NCBI GenBank assembly: GCA_029717555.1
Contig: JAMDHS010000105.1
Coordinates: forward strand, 1-64,000
DNA: 64,000 nt
Direction of reading: 5' to 3'
Origin: Peribolospora baueri
Lineage: Eukaryota
A model generated the notes under the pieces. That model saw only the letters and a program-made list of their open reading frames with translations. It made no database searches and was not told where the DNA came from. The translations under genes were made by a program, and so were the position numbers. Position 1 is the first letter of the stretch. The number at the start of each line of letters is the position of its first letter. Shown here piece after piece: positions 59,281 through 64,000 of this stretch.

Positions 59281-61269
59281 ATGGCTTCGGTATGGAGGGC
59301 CGCCCGACGAGCGGAGCTGCCACCCCTCACGACCGCCGGAGGAGTCTGGCAAACAGTTGTGCGACTACGGGGCCCGAGGAGGGGGAGCTTCGCCGCGGCA
59401 AATGAGGGCAAGGGCAGGCTGCCCAGATCGTTCTCGTCTTCTCCGATTTCGTCGCTGTTCAAGGCCTTCTCCCCACCCTCCGACGGGAGTGCCTTCGGCC
59501 GGTACACTGTCCTTTGTCCTCCATCATCCTCTTCAGTCACCCCCTTCCCTGACGCACCCCTTCGAACCGTGCCACATCGCATACGCCGACCGCTTTATGC
59601 GCTTCCTGAATCGGGAGGCACGGAGGCGGGAGATGGGTACGAGGGAGAGGAGGGTATTGGAGACGAAGAAAAGGGAAGGATAGATGGAGGTGACATGGCG
59701 ATGCGCGTGCGGGCAGCGGCGAGGTTGGCAAAGGAGGTGTTAAGGACGGCAGGTGCGCTGGCGAAGGTGCGTCGAGCTTATACCTGCCTCGCTGCCGGTG
59801 ACGGGAAATGAGATGAGACTGGGAATTGCAGCGGAACCGACGTACCACTCTCTAATCCTTCAACTCAACGACCCATCAAGGTCGGCACGACGACAGACGA
59901 GATCGACGCCCGCCTGCACAAACTCATCGTCTCCAAAGGCGCCTACCCGTCTCCGCTCGGCTACTCCCGCTTCCCGAAATCAGTGTGCACGAGCGTGAAT
60001 AATGTGCGTTCGTGAGGCAGTTCAACCCCGCCATTGCGACCACTTTCCTTGATGGTCTGTGATGTGCGGTTCCTGCTGGAAAGTGAGGGTGCAGCCCCTT
60101 TCGTCTCGCTCATCCGTTTTTGTTTCTGCTTGCGCTTCTGGGTCGCCTGGGAATAGGTTATCGCCCATGGCATTCCAGACGAGTGAGTCTGGCCATCCAT
60201 GAACGTCGTGCGCATCGGAGCGTCGGTTTCCCTTGGCTTTCTCACCTTAGTGACGATTCTGCGGTCCCCAATTCATGATCTTCGAAAATCTTCACCACTT
60301 CCCCACTGTCGCGCCCATAAGCCGCCCTCTCGAGTCCGGTGACATCGTCAACGTGGACGTGACTGTTTATCTCGACGGCGTGCATGGTGATACTTCTGAT
60401 AGCTTCCTCGTCGGCGACGTGGTGCGTCCCGATCCCTCTTCCATTCTTGCTTCCTTCCACCAGCTAATTTGTGACTGAACTCTCATTCCTTCCCCCGGAA
60501 TATCGTATGCGCGCATCGCAGGATGAGCGAGGAAGACACCTAGTTTCGACGACCCGTGAGGCACTCTGGGCTGGCATCCGAGCTTGTGGGCCCGGACGAC
60601 CCTTCAAGGATATCGGACGAGCAATTAGGTGAGCGAGGTCAGACAGAGCCGGGTCAATTTTATCTGGTCCGTGGAGTCGAAGCGAGCTGATCCGTCACCC
60701 GTCTCTTACGCACTTTCACATACGTTTTCAATCCCAGCTCGTATGCCTACGCAAATGGCGAATACCTCGTTAACCCTCAGTTCACAGGGCATGGCATCGG
60801 AGAGAAGTTCCATACTCCGCCCTGGATCCTGCATCACGCCAATGACGAACCCGGTGAGCTTGCCTATTGCGATCAAAGCTTAACGTCGGCGCGTGCTTGA
60901 CTTTGCTGGCGCTGTCGTCTCTTACTTCTCCCTTTCTCAGGTGTTATGAGACCAGGTCATCTCTTCACCATCGAGGTTAGCCCCATAGCCCATGGTCTCC
61001 CCATCTGCTGTCTTACCGGCGTTGACACCTTTGCCATCCCCCCATTCGCCCCGACCCCTCCTCCTTTTCATGCCCCCGCCCCCCTTTTCCAGCCTTCACT
61101 CGTCCAACCGCCGCCTCCGTCATCCCGCCACACGTCCCCACTTGCGGCTGCCTCGGGCTTCATGTGGCCGGACGAGTGGACGGTGTCGACGCGCACGGGA
61201 GCGAGGAGCGCTCAGGCCGAACACATGGTCCTCGTCACGACGGACGGGGTGGAGGTGCTCACTGCTTGA
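59281..61269 (+). CDS. Methionine aminopeptidase type 1 lacking the N-terminal zinc finger, probably mitochondrial (METAP1D-like)
   Basis: Arg-rich N-terminus. Motifs '[30 protein letters not shown]', metal ligands 'VNVDVT...GDTS', 'FTGHGIG..FH', 'FTIE|P' and '[11 protein letters not shown]'. Confidence 0.9.
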
Positions 61270-61666
61270 CGCCGTCCGTGTCATACATAGACAGCAGGGG
61301 GAAGCATGTGATAGAAATCCTAGCGCAATCCTCTGAAGGTCAAAATGAGAGCAGACTTTCGTCCCCACCTCCACCACCACCACCACCAATTCAGGAGACC
61401 CGTCTGTCCGTCCTCGTCGCGCGGCGACTCGAAGGAAAAAACACACTGAGCCAAGATTGTCACGTGTGCATGGAGCGGTGGTGTTTTGCAAGCTAGTATA
61501 CAAGCCGACGGCCAAGCGCTTGCCTCGCTCATTCAACGCCTATTTTGAGTGTTGGCGTGCCTCGCAGACAGCGTTCCGAGGCAAGCCACGGAGAGCGAGT
61601 TTCGCCCGCGGCCGGGCGAACGGACAGGAAGCGGTGCGAAGGACGCCAAGCGAAGCCGTTTCCGTT

Positions 61667-64000
61667 TTACTTGTTCGCCGTTGGCTGCGGCTGTGCCCCC
61701 TGCTGCTGCTGCTGCTGCTGCTGCCCGCCTGCGCCGCCGAACGGAACACCTTTAGAGAACTGCGAGGGTCACAAAGAAATTGCCGCGAGGACCGTCAATC
61801 CGTCTCCTCTCTCCTTTCCCTAGGTCTTTCATTCGCTGGCTCAAAACCACCTCTCGAAAAAACTCCGAAGAAGACAGGCGGTAGGCCGACTCACAAAGTC
61901 GAAAGCGGCCGACTTCATCTCCTGCATCTGTTTCTGCCTCTCCTCCTCAAGCACGCGCTTCATCTCCGGCTCCTGCTTCTTCCAATACTCTTGGTCCTCG
62001 AGGTAAGCCTGCTGGAACTGCTTACGCATCTGCTCGATCGGGAGCTCTGGTGGCTGGGCTGAGGCGCTCGGACGCTGTGATATGTTGTAGACAGGGACGG
62101 TGACGAGAATCGACTCTGGTGAGCGTCCGTTTCGACGGGAGGGCGATAGCTCGACCATACTAGCACGACAGCTGAGCGTAGGGTCTTCTTCGGAGAGAGT
62201 CTGCACTCACCCCGGTGTTCAAGCCAAACAAGCCTCCCAGCCCTCCCAAGCTAGGCTTCTCCTTCTTCCTCTTTTGTTCCTCCTCCCACTGCTCGACGAT
62301 GCGCCTCTTGATGATCGCCTCGCGCCGGGCGTACTCGGTAGGGACGTGGGTGCCTTCGAAGGACTTGAGCAGAGGCCGCACGTCTTTCACGTCGTATTGG
62401 CCGATGACGATCGCTGTGTCACGTTGCGAAATGAAAATGAAACACCGGGGAGCAGAAATTAAATGAGGACAGTAAGCAGGACGAACGACGGTGTTGGGAC
62501 GTTTTTGCTCCCCAGCATGCTCACACTCCAAGAACGGGATGAGCGCCACCAGCTCCGTGTCATTCTTCTCCCCCTTCCAAGGCTTGACATAGACCGCGTT
62601 CTCAGGCTGCAGCGAGTAATGCTCCGGTTTGGTGTCGAGAATGATGACCTTTGCAAGGTCCCTGTTGAGATAGGAGAGGTCTTTGACTATTTTTCCGTCC
62701 TTGAAGCGTGTCGCCTCGCGGAATAGCTTGTAAGGCATGTAGAGGCCGTAGGGATCCAGCTTCTCCGCAATCGGGGCGGCGCTCTGCGTGAAGGGGATGA
62801 GGGGGTGGCATCATGTTACGAGGCCGGAAAGGATGGGCGTGAGACGATGACTCAGTGGTGCGAGCTAAGAGGCCTTTGGAGACGTCTGCACACTCACGTA
62901 TGCGGGTTGAGAAGTGAAGAGGACAATCTCGTAGAACTGGGACAGGTAAGCGAGGAAGTAGTCCACACCGGGTCGCTTCGCCGTTCGCCAACCAGTTTCT
63001 CGCTGAAGTGTCGGCGTAAAAAGCGATGCAAAAGTCGAGAAAAGCCGAAAGACGGAGTTAGTGAGGGCGACGGTAACGCCAGGCGCGTCGTCGAAAGGGT
63101 CACCAGCGACTCACGGTCCACTCAGAATGAATGAGGAGATCCTCAAGGTCGACGAGAAGGGTGAAAGGACGCTGGTGAGGAGGTGGCAAGAGGTCTGGAA
63201 GGAGCGTATCCCAGGCCGGCTTGTTGAAAGTCTGGACGGAGCAAAGGAAGAGGAGAGCGACGATCAGCTTCGCCCAAGGCTACGATGCGGTAGGGGTGCA
63301 GAATGGAGAGACATCGAGTGCTCACATCCAGGAGATCGGAAAAGCGCAGCTTGACACGGCCGAATCGAGAGCCAGAGTTGGGATCCTAGAGGAGGGGCCA
63401 GAGGAAGTGCCTAGAGATCAGGGTCTGCCAAGGGCATGAGATGGTCGGGGTAGAACGCTGTCCAGAGTGGCGACGCGGTCTGCGACAAAGCATACAGCCA
63501 GGACAGGAGGAGAAGCGCCAAAGAGCGTACGAATCGGAATCGACTCACGTTTTCATGCTCCATCTTCTCCCTATCCGTCTCCCACTCCCTGCCCAAATGC
63601 CAAGCGCCGCCTGCTAAGCCGCCGACGGCGAGGGCGGCGACGACGCGGAGCATCATCTGCCTCCTCTTCTCGATGCTGCTCATGGAGCGCTTCCCAGCGG
63701 TGCTCCTCGCCCCGGTCGTCTCCCCGGGGAAGTGCTGGTCGTCTCCACCTCCGGCGGATCCAGCGCGCGCTTCGTCAGGCGTGGGATGGAGCTCTTCGGC
63801 GGCAAGCAGATCCTGCGCGAGCGTCGTCTCTGGCACCTTCTTGGCCTTGGTCGCGGAGGCAGCGGATTGCCCTTGAGCGTCATGGCTCCCTTCGGGCGTT
63901 CGTTCTTCCTTCTTATCGTCCTTGTCCTTCTTTCCGGTGGCATACGTTCGCGAGGCCGCTGAGCGGGTCAGAAAGGTGGGAGACAAGTGGGCGGGAGCGG
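61667..64000 (-). CDS. TIM50: Mitochondrial inner-membrane translocase subunit Tim50 (FCP1/NIF-like domain); 5' end outside the window
   Basis: TM '[21 protein letters not shown]'; '[29 protein letters not shown]', '[32 protein letters not shown]', 'VKDVRPLL'. Last exon 61759-61667 encodes a poly-Q tail from a CAG repeat. Confidence 0.94.

Noticed and set aside
24814..64000. Apparent enrichment of mitochondrial genes (EF-Ts, NDUFA13, TOM7, MetAP, TIM50) as a functional cluster
   Set aside because: They are interspersed with unrelated genes over ~40 kb, and I cannot distinguish this from chance without synteny data.

Overview
This is GC-rich, intron-rich eukaryotic DNA. The short GT-AG introns with CTGAC/CTAAC-type branch points and the protein families indicate a fungus, most likely a basidiomycete (inference). 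It is a gene-dense housekeeping region with about 24 protein-coding genes, assembled by hand from splice signals: myosin-motor chitin synthase (3'-partial), EFM7/NNT1-type methyltransferase, a GNAT-Mss4 fusion, an inositol-type sugar transporter, CCDC97-like, a class I HDAC, an orphan membrane-anchored acidic protein, RMT2, mitochondrial EF-Ts, NDUFA13, UreF, a 4CL-like acyl-CoA ligase, SUA5, a Reb1/TTF1-like Myb protein, GRR1, ISY1, DID2, an MCH1-like MFS transporter, VAC14, TOM7, eIF3f, an MDR oxidoreductase, a small orphan, mitochondrial-type MetAP and TIM50 (5'-partial). I found no rRNA, intact tRNA, CRISPR array or intact transposon. The observations most worth following up are: (1) a polyamine/arylalkylamine-type acetyltransferase fused to the Rab chaperone Mss4; (2) a TOM7 gene absent from the ORF track, with a GC-AG intron and a structured, unusually long putative 3'-UTR intron; (3) an orphan with a signal anchor and several Atg8-interacting-like motifs; (4) an ATG split by an intron in NDUFA13; (5) 5-nt and 9-nt micro-exons; (6) a hairpin-bearing tandem duplication in the unexplained 9.5-11.3 kb segment. 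All calls rest on motif recognition only; no database searches were run.
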